This document shows positions 1-9,340 of a DNA stretch of 41,359 bases, piece after piece; position 1 is the first letter of the stretch; each line of letters starts with the position of its first letter. A model generated the notes under the pieces. That model made no database searches. It was not told where the DNA came from and saw nothing but the letters and a program-made list of their open reading frames with translations. Position numbers and translations under genes: made by a program. Location: contig JBFESZ010000006.1 in assembly GCA_041548245.1 (NCBI GenBank), positions 1 through 41,359 on the forward strand. Direction: 5' to 3'. Origin of the DNA: Sulfurimonadaceae bacterium. GTDB lineage: Bacteria; Campylobacterota; Campylobacteria; Campylobacterales; Sulfurimonadaceae.

Positions 1-2129
1 ATAACCGCATGCGGACAGACCAGAACACATTTGTTACATTGTATACATAATTCGGTATCCCATACCGGGATCTCCTGCGAAATATTACGTTTTTCATACT
101 GAGACGTTCCACTTGGCCACGTTCCATCTGCAGGGATTTTACTTACAGGAAGATCATCTCCCCTACCCTGAATAAGATGAGCTGTCACATTCACAATAAA
201 ATCACTCACATCACCCTTAATGGAGTGATCTACTACCAAATCACTGTCTGCAGATTCTGGTATCTCGACCTCATGAAGGTGAAGCAGTGCATTATCGACT
301 GCAGCAAAGTTTAACGCTACAATCTCCTCGCCTTTTGTACCATAACTCTTTTCAATCGACATCTTGATCTCTTGAATCGCCTGTTCATGGGTAAGAATAT
401 TCGATATATAAAAGAAACAGGTCTGCATTACCGTATTAATATGCCGACCCAGTCCACTCTCTTGAGCCACCTTATACGCATCTATCACATAAAACTTGAT
501 CTTCTTTTCAATCAGCTCTTCCTGAATGTTCCGTGGCATACGTTGCCAAATACTATCTATCCCAAAAGGAGAGTTCAGGAGAAACACAGCACCTTTTTTT
601 GCATGCTGTAAAATATCAAACTTTTCCATAAACACGCTTTGATGACAGGCAACAAAATCAGCCTTTTCGATTAGATAGGTCGAGCGGATGACGGAAGGTC
701 CAAAGCGAAGATGCGATGTCGTCATTGCACCTGATTTTTTTGAATCATAGACAAAATAACCCTGAGCATAGCTGTCAGTATGCGTTCCGATAATCTTGAT
801 GGAATTTTTATTTGCACCGACTGTCCCGTCTGATCCCAGTCCGAAAAAGATCGCCTCATATACCCGTTTATCTTCGATCTGAAACATGCTGTCCCATATC
901 AACGACATATGCGTTACATCATCATGAATGCCGATAGTAAAATGCTGTTTAGGACTCTCTTTTTTGAGTTCATCAAAAATAGCTTTGATCATTCCCGGTG
1001 TGAACTCTTTTGATGAGAGCCCGTATCGTCCGCCGATAACCTTTGGCATACTGAATGGAAGCTCACCATTTTGCCTGGCCTCGTTTAAGGCAGCCACTAC
1101 ATCTAGGTAAAGCGGTTCGCCTATGGAACCTGATTCTTTTGTCCTATCAAGCACGGCAATCGACTTTACCGTCGTTGGAAATGTCTCAATAAAATCTCTC
1201 ATCGAAAATGGACGATAGAGCCTTACCTTGACAAGAGCGACCTTTTCGTCCAATGCATTCAAATACTCGACACTCTCATGCACAGCCTCTGCTCCTGAAC
1301 CCATAATTACAATAATACGTTCTGCATCCTTACTACCTACATAATCAAAAAGCTGATATTTCCGTCCTGTTAAAGCGTAAAAATCGTTCATACACTCTTG
1401 TAACAGAGAAGGCACCCTCTCATAATAGATATTGACACTTTCACGACCCTGAAAATAGACATCAGCGTTTTGCGAAGTTCCACGTATAAAAGGGTGATCT
1501 GGTGTCAATGCTCTTTCCCGATGTCTTTTTACAAGATCGTTGTCAATCATTTTTCTCATAATCTCTTCATTAAGTAATTCGATCTTATTGATTTCATGAG
1601 AGGTCCTAAAACCATCGAAAAAGTGTAGAAAAGGAATACGTGATTTAAGAGTAGCCGCCTGTGCAAGCAGGGCAAAATCATGGGCTTCTTGCACAGAATT
1701 GGAAGCCAGCATCGCAAAACCACTTTGGCGTACCGACATCACGTCCGTATGATCACCAAAGATAGAAAGAGCCTGTGCTGCAACTGAACGCGCAGCAATA
1801 TGAAAAACGGTCGGCGTCAGTTCACCTGCAATCTTATACATGTTCGGAATCATCAGAAGTAGACCCTGTGAAGCTGTAAATGTCGTGCTTAGTGCTCCAC
1901 TTTGCAAAGCCCCGTGTACCGCACCACTCGCTCCCCCTTCGCTTTGCATCTCCATGATCTCAGGCACCGTATCAAAGATATTTTTTTCACCCTGTGCAGC
2001 GTAAAGATCGCTCCACTCACCCATAGGAGATGCCGGAGTAATCGGATAGATCGCAATCACTTCGTTCAACTTATAAGCAACACGAGCGACCGCTTCATTA
2101 CCATCAATGGTTGCTATTAACTTTTTCAT
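1..2129 (-). CDS. nifJ: Pyruvate:ferredoxin (flavodoxin) oxidoreductase, single-chain type; partial, 3' end runs off the window
   Basis: Not in the ORF track. Manual translation from ATG 2129 (RBS AGGGA) gives MKKLIATIDGNEAVARVAYKLNEVIAIYPITPASPMGEW, with the PFOR YPITP motif, MQSEGGASGAVHG and FTASQGLLLMIP. The ferredoxin motif CIQCNKCVLVCPH lies at the window edge. Confidence 0.95.
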   Translation of the reverse strand, partial: MKKLIATIDGNEAVARVAYKLNEVIAIYPITPASPMGEWSDLYAAQGEKNIFDTVPEIMEMQSEGGASGAVHGALQSGALSTTFTASQGLLLMIPNMYKIAGELTPTVFHIAARSVAAQALSIFGDHTDVMSVRQSGFAMLASNSVQEAHDFALLAQAATLKSRIPFLHFFDGFRTSHEINKIELLNEEIMRKMIDNDLVKRHRERALTPDHPFIRGTSQNADVYFQGRESVNIYYERVPSLLQECMNDFYALTGRKYQLFDYVGSKDAERIIVIMGSGAEAVHESVEYLNALDEKVALVKVRLYRPFSMRDFIETFPTTVKSIAVLDRTKESGSIGEPLYLDVVAALNEARQNGELPFSMPKVIGGRYGLSSKEFTPGMIKAIFDELKKESPKQHFTIGIHDDVTHMSLIWDSMFQIEDKRVYEAIFFGLGSDGTVGANKNSIKIIGTHTDSYAQGYFVYDSKKSGAMTTSHLRFGPSVIRSTYLIEKADFVACHQSVFMEKFDILQHAKKGAVFLLNSPFGIDSIWQRMPRNIQEELIEKKIKFYVIDAYKVAQESGLGRHINTVMQTCFFYISNILTHEQAIQEIKMSIEKSYGTKGEEIVALNFAAVDNALLHLHEVEIPESADSDLVVDHSIKGDVSDFIVNVTAHLIQGRGDDLPVSKIPADGTWPSGTSQYEKRNISQEIPVWDTELCIQCNKCVLVCPHAV

Positions 2130-2264
2130 ACGCCATCCCTCTTACTGTTTGAAAAGATGATATACTCTATCTTTGCTTCTATTCTACCTGAAACACCTGA
2201 TGCCCATTGAGTCTAGGCATAATAAATTGTTATACCGATAACTACATTCTACCATAGCTTCAGC

Positions 2265-2280
2265 TATGATCTTTATCACA
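2265..2280. promoter_or_regulatory. Possible CRP/FNR-family binding site upstream of nifJ
   Basis: Minus strand reads TGTGA-TAAAGA-TCATA (9/10 to TGTGA-N6-TCACA, core TGAT-N4-ATCA). An extended -10 TGgTAGAAT lies at 2254-2246. Confidence 0.35.
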
Positions 2281-2438
2281 TCGATAAATCAAAACAGGAA
2301 GTTAAGTATTAGTAAAAGCATAGACAAGACATTCTCTAAAAAATGTTGTTTCATAACAAAAATATTAGTATTGATAGATGACAATTCTTATCGTAAACAG
2401 AGGTCTGCGATATCTCTGTATGAGGTTATGCCTCTTGG

Positions 2439-3290
2439 TTATTCACTTAGTGATGGAGAAAAAGCCTTCGTATTGATATAGACACTCTGCCCAATTTTAA
2501 AACTCTTCGCCTCTTTATCATCCAGAACTACTTCGACGATCTGTTGACCGACAGAGACGATGGCAATATAGATGACATCGGCCTTGATAATATCGAGCAG
2601 TTCCCCTCTTAGTGAGAACTTCTGACTTCCGTATGCTTTTAAAAAGACCTCTTTTGGTGATGCATCTTGAACGACCCTTCCCTGCTCCAGCATAATCACT
2701 CTATTCGCCAAACGATAGGCCTCACTGGGATCATGTGAGACCATTATTGTTGTTGTGCCGAACTCTTTATGAAGCACCAGGATATCATGCTGCAGCTGGC
2801 TTCGCATCTGCGGGTCAAGTGCAGAGAAGGGTTCATCCATCAGTAACAGTTTAGGTCTGTTCATCAGAGCCCTGCAGAGCGACACCCTCTGCTTCTGTCC
2901 CCCGCTTAGTGTTGCAGGCAGACGATCTTTGAGTTCATACAGACCTGTAATCTCAAGTAGATGTTTTGCCATGACCTTGTCCCTATTCACATACAAAAGG
3001 TTATGCTGGACACTCATATTTTCAAAAAGAGCATAGTCCTGAAACACAAAACCGATACCACGTTTTTTTACGGGTAGGAACTTTGTCTCGTCTAGCCAGA
3101 GCTCATCATGGACTTTGATCTTACCTTCCGCGTTTTCCAATCCAGCCAAAATGCGTAGAAGTGTCGTCTTCCCGCTTCCGCTTTGACCTGCCAATGCGAT
3201 AAACTCATGCTCATTGATCGAGATATCTACATCCAACTCCATCGGACCAATACTGCCTTGAAGCAACTTATGAATATTAATATCAATCAT
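2439..3290 (-). CDS. modC: Molybdate ABC transporter ATP-binding protein with C-terminal TOBE-like domain
   Basis: Walker A GQSGSGKT, signature LSGGQKQR, Walker B LLLMDE; operon context. Confidence 0.92.
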   Translation of the reverse strand: MIDINIHKLLQGSIGPMELDVDISINEHEFIALAGQSGSGKTTLLRILAGLENAEGKIKVHDELWLDETKFLPVKKRGIGFVFQDYALFENMSVQHNLLYVNRDKVMAKHLLEITGLYELKDRLPATLSGGQKQRVSLCRALMNRPKLLLMDEPFSALDPQMRSQLQHDILVLHKEFGTTTIMVSHDPSEAYRLANRVIMLEQGRVVQDASPKEVFLKAYGSQKFSLRGELLDIIKADVIYIAIVSVGQQIVEVVLDDKEAKSFKIGQSVYINTKAFSPSLSE

Positions 3291-3982
3291 GAAGATAGCC
3301 CCATACGACGGTTGTGACGCTGATTAAAGAGGTAAACGCCAAACAGCACCACAAAACTGAGGATCAACATCAGGGCACTGTAGAGATGTGCCTGTGCATA
3401 GTCCATCACCTCAACCATCTCATAAATAGCGACTGAAGCTACCTTCGTCTCACCCGGGATCGAACCACCTACCATCAGGACCACGCCAAACTCACCTACT
3501 GTATGGGCAAAAGTTACAATCAGTGCGGTTAGCAATGCCGGCTTAACATTGGGCAGAGCTACAAATAAAAGTGTCTCAAACCCACTCTTTCCCGCAATAT
3601 ATGAGGCTTCAAGCATACTCTTGTTCAGCGACTCAAAACCACCTTGTAAAGGTTGAACCATAAAAGGGAACGAATAAAAGCAGCTCGCGATGACGAGCCC
3701 TGTAAAATTAAAGACTAGATTGATCCCGAATGTCTCTTCAACGAAAGCACCTAATGGCGAATTGTATGAGAGCAGATAAAGGACATAAAACCCAATGACT
3801 GATGGGGGCAGTACAATAGGAAGAGATGTAACGGCCTCTACAAAAGGCTTGCATCGGCATTGTGTTTGCGAAAGCCACCAAGAGATAGGCAAAGCAATAA
3901 AAAAAAGGATCAAAGTCGTCATCCCCGCAAGCTTAAAAGAGAGCACAAATGGTTGCCAATCTAATGCAGCGATATCCATCAT
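3287..3982 (-). CDS. modB: Molybdate ABC transporter permease (start 3982 or 3979)
   Basis: [22 protein letters not shown] and GGSIPGET motifs; multiple TM segments. Confidence 0.95.
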   Translation of the reverse strand: MMDIAALDWQPFVLSFKLAGMTTLILFFIALPISWWLSQTQCRCKPFVEAVTSLPIVLPPSVIGFYVLYLLSYNSPLGAFVEETFGINLVFNFTGLVIASCFYSFPFMVQPLQGGFESLNKSMLEASYIAGKSGFETLLFVALPNVKPALLTALIVTFAHTVGEFGVVLMVGGSIPGETKVASVAIYEMVEVMDYAQAHLYSALMLILSFVVLFGVYLFNQRHNRRMGLSS

Positions 3983-4374
3983 TCGACCTCCATGATAAAG
4001 AGTTCACTTGATTTGACAAGGGCGACGACGCTATCACCCACTTGAAGCCGCATCCGTAATGCTGACTCTTTAGTAATGATACTCTCTATAATAGAACCAG
4101 CAAAAAAAAACTTCACACTGCTAAGCAATTCTCCAAGCTCAATACTTTCTATGCATACGTTAAGCTGGTTAGAAATACTTATGGCATCATTTGACTCTCT
4201 CGCCAGGGCAACATGTGTTGCTTTAACACCCAACACTACCTTCGAACCTACATGAAGATTTCCATCCAGTTCTAATGCCATCATACACATCTTTTGGCCT
4301 TCAACATTAAAACTGACAAGGTTAATCGTGTCCACACTTTGAATATCGATTATTGTTGCGGGAATAAGATTCAT
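3979..4374 (-). CDS. TOBE/molbindin (Mop) di-domain protein
   Basis: [32 protein letters not shown] Mop-like repeats; lies between modA and modB. Confidence 0.88.
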   Translation of the reverse strand: MNLIPATIIDIQSVDTINLVSFNVEGQKMCMMALELDGNLHVGSKVVLGVKATHVALARESNDAISISNQLNVCIESIELGELLSSVKFFFAGSIIESIITKESALRMRLQVGDSVVALVKSSELFIMEVE

Positions 4375-5117
4375 TTGTACAGATATCCATACTTTTTGAA
4401 AATAGCTTTGGCTTTATCGCTGAGAACAAAGTCATAAAAAGCCCTATATTCTTTATTCCCCTGGGCATGTTTCAAAAGAACAATACCCTGCTGAATAGGT
4501 GTATAGAGTTTTGAATCCACATCCGCCCAATGGATGCCTTCTTTATAGTGATGCAGTTGAGGACTGTACAGAGAGGACTTGGAAATGAAACCGATATCTG
4601 CCGCAATCATCGCATAAGATAGCGTTTGTGAGATAGACTCTGCAAAAACAAACTTGGATGTAATATCATCATAGACCTTTGCATTTTTCATCGCTTCTGT
4701 AGCTGCCAGACCATAAGGAGCGGTCTTTGGATTGGCTATGGCAATTTTTTTAATCCTATCGCTCTTAAGTAATCGTATCCCATTGGAAAAATCCTGCTGT
4801 CGCATACTCAGATATACCAATGTTCCTTGGGCATAAACGACAGGTTCGATTAATGCCATTTTATCCTCATACAAGGATTTCGGATACTTCATGTTTGCTG
4901 ACATAAAGATCCCAAAAGGTGCCCCGTTTCTAATCTGGGCGGTTAACTTTCCGCTACTTCCAAGTGTCACTAAAACCTTGATATCGGGATTCATCTTGAC
5001 AAACTCGGCTTTAAGTTCTTCCATCGCATAACTGACATTGGCTGCTACTGCGATATTGATCTTTCCGGCAAAAAGTATTTGCGCTAATAATAAAATAATT
5101 ATTGATATTTTGGGCAC
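4371..5117 (-). CDS. modA: Molybdate ABC transporter periplasmic binding protein
   Basis: Signal peptide; AVAANV, GSSGKLTAQIRNGAPF, FMSAN and NPKTAPYG motifs; GTG start. Confidence 0.95.
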   Translation of the reverse strand: MPKISIIILLLAQILFAGKINIAVAANVSYAMEELKAEFVKMNPDIKVLVTLGSSGKLTAQIRNGAPFGIFMSANMKYPKSLYEDKMALIEPVVYAQGTLVYLSMRQQDFSNGIRLLKSDRIKKIAIANPKTAPYGLAATEAMKNAKVYDDITSKFVFAESISQTLSYAMIAADIGFISKSSLYSPQLHHYKEGIHWADVDSKLYTPIQQGIVLLKHAQGNKEYRAFYDFVLSDKAKAIFKKYGYLYK

Positions 5118-5164
5118 TCTTCTTCCCTTCTCATTACACTATATTATTAGAATAAGATATTTAG

Positions 5165-5192
5165 TTCGTAGTATACCTAAGTATATATCGAA
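5165..5192. promoter_or_regulatory. ModE-type operator upstream of modA
   Basis: Imperfect palindrome TTCGTAGTATAC-CTAA-GTATATATCGAA (10/12 arm match), resembling CGnTATATA-N6-TATATAnCG, ~50 bp upstream of the modA start. Confidence 0.75.
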
Positions 5193-5315
5193 AAGCAAAT
5201 AGTAGTTGTTCCTGCTTCTTTTACATAAAATCTAATTAAAAACCTTAATAGTGTTTTTATTCTGTAAGCGTTAAGATTATTGAGTACGTACAATAACCCA
5301 AGAGAAAGGAAGCCC

Positions 5316-5441
5316 ATGATCGAAATGATTTTCACGGCTTTAGGTCTCAGTTCATTTTTCGAAGCACGCTCTAAAGAGTTGAGTGTTATGCCGCTTGTGA
5401 ATGAATACAGATCGGGTGAGTACAGAAAAGATCATCTATAA
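5316..5441 (+). CDS. Unannotated small protein, 41 aa (MIEMIFTALGLSSFFEARSKELSVMPLVNEYRSGEYRKDHL)
   Basis: AAGGA RBS 5 nt before the ATG, TACAAT -10 at 5289-5294, tandem TAA TAA stops. Confidence 0.6.
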   Translation: MIEMIFTALGLSSFFEARSKELSVMPLVNEYRSGEYRKDHL

Positions 5442-5659
5442 TAATATTTACTATCAGTGCAGGTTGCTGAGCAATATAGGCGTTTAAGAGAAAATGCCAT
5501 TTATTCACTGAGATAGAAAGAGTTTTATAGATGTGAGAAGATGCAAACCTTAGTTTCAGACGTTGAAAACTTGCTCATGGAAGCATATAAATGAAGGGCG
5601 TTGACTCCTCTAAAACGATCTTTTCTATCGCTGTTGCGACTCCCTGTGATGAAGCCTTT

Positions 5660-5682
5660 GATCAGGATCTCAAGTCCTGATC
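5660..5682. terminator. Hairpin downstream of rarA (probable terminator)
   Basis: GATCAGGA-TCTCAAG-TCCTGATC, 8-bp perfect stem; no strong U-tract. Confidence 0.45.
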
Positions 5683-5710
5683 GCCCTTTAAATTGAATCA
5701 ACTCTAATTC

Positions 5711-6895
5711 CTACTTCTTATACCTGATTTTACTTAGCCATTCACCCATCTTCTGCTCATAACCGATTGGCTTGAACTCTACAAAACATAGGTCCTTACT
5801 CAAATACTTCTGCTCTACCCAGCCACCAAAATCATGTGGATAGAGATAGTTCTCATTGTTCTGCTGTATCGTCTTTGGTATCTCTAAGATATAGCCATCT
5901 CGTATCGCAGCTTGAGCCTGATTTATCGCATTATACGCTGAATTGGACTTTGGTGAAGCCGAAAGATAGATAACCGCTTGTGAAAGGATTATACGAGCTT
6001 CTGGATAACCTATCTGTGCGACAGAAGTCATCGCTGATGTACACAGAGTCAAGGCCTGCGGATTGGCATTGCCAATGTCTTCAGAAGCCAGAATCACCAG
6101 ACGTCGTGCAATAAAAGCCGGGTTCTCTCCCCCTTCTATCAAACGTGCTAGATAATAGACTGCTGCATCCGGGTCGGAGCCTCTTATCGACTTGATCATC
6201 GCTGATATCAAGTCATAATGCACCGATGCTTCTCCTGTACCGTCATTTAAGGAGTGGGGACGTAAGGCCTTAAGATCTTCAAGAGATATCTCTTTTTTGC
6301 CTATAGAAACGAACTCCAGAAGTTTCAACATAGCTCTGGCATCTCCATTACTCGAGATGACCAGATACCGCATTGCCTCATCGTCCAAAGAGAGCTTCTC
6401 TTTCTTGCAAGCTCGTTGTGCCAGAGCACGCAGGTCCTCATCTGTATGCGCTTTTAACTCAAACAACATCGAACGTGAACGCATCGCGGCCGTAAGACTG
6501 TAATAAGGGTTTTCTGTAGAAGCACCGATCACTAACACCGTGTTATTTTCCATAACAGGCAATAGAACCTCCTGCTGATTCTTTGCCAAACGGTGCACCT
6601 CATCGATGAATATCAGAGGTTTTTGCAGAGCATTCTCATATTGGGTGAATATCTTACGTAATTGATCTATCTTAAGTGAAGTAGCATTAAACTCATAAAA
6701 CGGAGTGTCAAGCTCGTTGGCAATAATACGCGCCAAGGTCGTCTTTCCACACCCTGGAGGACCATAAAAAAAGGCATGAGGCATTTGCGCATTTTGTAAT
6801 AGCCGTCGTAATGGTGAATCCTGAGATACTATATGAGGTTGTCCGACAAAGTCATCAAAGACTTTGGGACGAAGAAGATAGGTGAAGTCTGCCAC
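5711..6895 (-). CDS. rarA: Replication-associated recombination protein A (RarA/MgsA AAA+ ATPase)
   Basis: GPPGCGKTT, FIDEVHR, GASTENP, SAMIKSIRGSDPDAA, ASEDIGNANP and YLYPHDF motifs. Confidence 0.95.
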   Translation of the reverse strand: MADFTYLLRPKVFDDFVGQPHIVSQDSPLRRLLQNAQMPHAFFYGPPGCGKTTLARIIANELDTPFYEFNATSLKIDQLRKIFTQYENALQKPLIFIDEVHRLAKNQQEVLLPVMENNTVLVIGASTENPYYSLTAAMRSRSMLFELKAHTDEDLRALAQRACKKEKLSLDDEAMRYLVISSNGDARAMLKLLEFVSIGKKEISLEDLKALRPHSLNDGTGEASVHYDLISAMIKSIRGSDPDAAVYYLARLIEGGENPAFIARRLVILASEDIGNANPQALTLCTSAMTSVAQIGYPEARIILSQAVIYLSASPKSNSAYNAINQAQAAIRDGYILEIPKTIQQNNENYLYPHDFGGWVEQKYLSKDLCFVEFKPIGYEQKMGEWLSKIRYKK

Positions 6896-6995
6896 ACTTA
6901 GACTCTATCGGTTTTAATGAAGTTAAAAAATTGATTCATAAAACTAACCTCTGCTGATGACATAACAAAGTCCATTCATACCATCAACGTCTATG

Positions 6996-7391
6996 TCAGC
7001 CGTTGATAACTTTGATGATAATATCACGCTCTTCACGAGGACCATCAAACTCACAGAAAAAGGCTCCCTGCCATTGACCAAAAAGTGGAAGACCGTCAAC
7101 AACAGGAATACTTATAGATGCCCCCGTCATAGCAGATTTTAAATGGGCTGCAGCATTTCCACCTTTGTGAGAATACTCTTGATCAGATAGATACTTCTTT
7201 AACAAGGTCAAATAATCACGACGTAAATTCTGATCGATGTTCTCAAACAATATCACAGAAGCTGTTGTATGTGGCGTAAATACCACGACGATACCATCTT
7301 TGACACCTGATGTGATAACCGCTTCTTTTACATCTTTGGTAATATTGATCATTTGAGTCTTATGTTCTGTCTTGAGCTGTAGTTTAGTCAT
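6996..7391 (-). CDS. yjbQ: YjbQ/UPF0047 family protein (secondary thiamine-phosphate synthase)
   Basis: PHTTA, GNAAAHLKS and GQWQGAFFCEFDGPR motifs; start set at ATG 7391 from the AAGGA RBS. Confidence 0.9.
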   Translation of the reverse strand: MTKLQLKTEHKTQMINITKDVKEAVITSGVKDGIVVVFTPHTTASVILFENIDQNLRRDYLTLLKKYLSDQEYSHKGGNAAAHLKSAMTGASISIPVVDGLPLFGQWQGAFFCEFDGPREERDIIIKVING

Positions 7392-7395
7392 CGTC

Positions 7396-8337
7396 TTAAT
7401 CCTTGTCATCTTTTAAAATGCTTTTCAATCTATTTTTGACCTTATTGATACGCTTGCGCTTATCTTTGTCCTCTTCCATCTCTTTAAGCTTTTCGACATC
7501 TGCTTCCGCTTTAAGTTTCTCTTTTTCTGCTTGCTCTTCTTTGCGCTTTTTAAAATTCTCTCGTTGAGCATCTGTTTTTGTCATCTGATCAACATAATCA
7601 CGTACTGAAGCATACTCACTTCGTGTGAGAAACCGACTTTTCCCATCCGGAAGGTTGTTCAGCTCTATACCGCCATATGAAAGACGTTTTAGGTCGGCTA
7701 CTTCTGTACCAAAATGTGCAAAGAAACGTCTTAACTCACGATTTTTCCCCTCTGTAATACCCACCTTCAAGATAGAATATTTTTCTGTATTCTTTTCTAT
7801 CCTGTATCCCGCAAACGGGGCAAAGGTCATAGATGTGACTTTTGAATGCGAATGAGCACCTGCCGAAGCATCTTTAAGCTCCAACCCTTTTTTCATCGCC
7901 TCTTCCATTGCTTCGCTTACAGGCCCTTTTATCTTAACCTTATATATGCGTTCAAGATCTGAGTTCATTAGCACCGTTGCTACAACTGAAGAGTCGGTTA
8001 ACAATAAAAGCCCCTCTGTTGCAAAATCAAGGCGTCCTACGGGAATAAAATGTCTGAACTTATGATCCAATGTATCATAAATAGTCTTTCTGCCACGAGG
8101 ATCTTTCTTTGTGACCAACTCACCTTTTCGCTTGTTATATGCTATTACTGTAATGATATCTTTTGGTGAGACTTTTTTGCCATGAACATAGACCTCAGTA
8201 TACCGCTCATCAACTTGCGTTGCAGGATTGTCTTCAACCTTACCATCGATCTTTACAGCACCTTTTAAAATAGCTGCATCGGCCTCTCTACGAGAATAGG
8301 TAGAGTAGTGGGCAATAAATTTGTTTAAGCGCATCAT
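7396..8337 (-). CDS. rluB: RsuA/RluB-family rRNA pseudouridine synthase with charged C-terminal tail
   Basis: S4 domain MRLNKFIA..SRREAD, catalytic VGRLD, EGKNRELRR. Confidence 0.85.
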   Translation of the reverse strand: MMRLNKFIAHYSTYSRREADAAILKGAVKIDGKVEDNPATQVDERYTEVYVHGKKVSPKDIITVIAYNKRKGELVTKKDPRGRKTIYDTLDHKFRHFIPVGRLDFATEGLLLLTDSSVVATVLMNSDLERIYKVKIKGPVSEAMEEAMKKGLELKDASAGAHSHSKVTSMTFAPFAGYRIEKNTEKYSILKVGITEGKNRELRRFFAHFGTEVADLKRLSYGGIELNNLPDGKSRFLTRSEYASVRDYVDQMTKTDAQRENFKKRKEEQAEKEKLKAEADVEKLKEMEEDKDKRKRINKVKNRLKSILKDDKD

Positions 8338-9315
8338 CTATTTAATGCCCTCCTCAATGAGTTTGTGGATGTGTAAGACACCCTTGACTTGGTCGTTTTC
8401 ATCTGTTACGACCATCAGCTGGATCTTTTTGTTCTCTATAAGTACCAAAGCATCCGAGGCAAGCATATTCTCATCCTTGATCGTCATCGGGTTCATTGTT
8501 GCATACTTGGAGATCTTTTCCTCAAGTGAAAAGCCTTCTTGCATTAGAGCACGACGAATATCTCCATCTGACACCAATCCCAGAAGTGTCTTGTCTTTAT
8601 CCACTAAAAGCGCTGTTCCTAAACGCCCCTCACTAATCGCTAAGATAGCATCCTTCACTAAGGTGTCTTTTCCGATAAAAGGAAGATCATCCTTTCGCAT
8701 AAGATCAGAAACTTTGACAAAAAGCTGCCGTCCTAGGGATCCTCCCGGATGGAAGGAGGCAAAATCCTCCTTCCTAAAGTCTCGAGCATGCATCATACAG
8801 ATAGCCAAAGCATCCCCCAAAGCGAGGGTCAAGGTCGTTGAGGAGGTAGGAGCAATTCCTAGCGGACATGCCTCTTTTGCTATTTCGATGGAGAGCACAA
8901 TGTCTGAGAACTTCCCGAGTGTTGATTTACTGTTACGGGTCATTCCGATAAGAGGGATATCAAAACGTTTAATATGCGGGAGAATTGCACTCAACTCTCC
9001 GCTTTCACCACTGTATGAAATAGCCAGGACAACATCATCTGTCCCAATCATGCCAAGGTCACCATGAAGGGCTTCCGTCGGATGTAAAAAGAAGCTTGGC
9101 GTCCCCGTCGATGCAAAAGTCGCTGCCATCTTGGCACCGATAAGTCCAGACTTCCCGACCCCTGTAATGATCAGCTTTCCGCGACATTGTAAAATGCACT
9201 CGACCGCCTCGTTTATCTCCTCTGAGGTACGAGACAGAGCGTTCAATAATGCATCAGCTTCGATCTGAAGTGTCTCTTTGACAATTTCAATATAGTCGTT
9301 ACGTCTATTTTTCAT
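8338..9315 (-). CDS. kdsD: KpsF/GutQ family arabinose-5-phosphate isomerase (SIS + 2 CBS)
   Basis: GVGKSG, EALHGDLG, EACPLGIAPTSST and HPGGSLG motifs. Confidence 0.93.
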   Translation of the reverse strand: MKNRRNDYIEIVKETLQIEADALLNALSRTSEEINEAVECILQCRGKLIITGVGKSGLIGAKMAATFASTGTPSFFLHPTEALHGDLGMIGTDDVVLAISYSGESGELSAILPHIKRFDIPLIGMTRNSKSTLGKFSDIVLSIEIAKEACPLGIAPTSSTTLTLALGDALAICMMHARDFRKEDFASFHPGGSLGRQLFVKVSDLMRKDDLPFIGKDTLVKDAILAISEGRLGTALLVDKDKTLLGLVSDGDIRRALMQEGFSLEEKISKYATMNPMTIKDENMLASDALVLIENKKIQLMVVTDENDQVKGVLHIHKLIEEGIK

Positions 9316-9340
9316 AGTGAGATTCTATCACAACCCTACT

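Noticed and set aside
372-2481. Short plus-strand ORFs in the track (372, 928, 1902, 2266)
   Set aside because: Three are antisense shadows of nifJ; the fourth runs through the promoter region and into modC, with no RBS or motif.
5445-5594. In-frame continuation after the 41-aa ORF with a single TAG (possible pseudogene or read-through)
   Set aside because: It follows a double TAA, shows no recognisable homology and has no recoding signal.
8321-9067. 248-aa plus-strand ORF
   Set aside because: Antisense shadow of kdsD with Ser/Ile-rich composition. The same applies to the other shadow ORFs over DUF748, rnj, purB, nrdA and typA.
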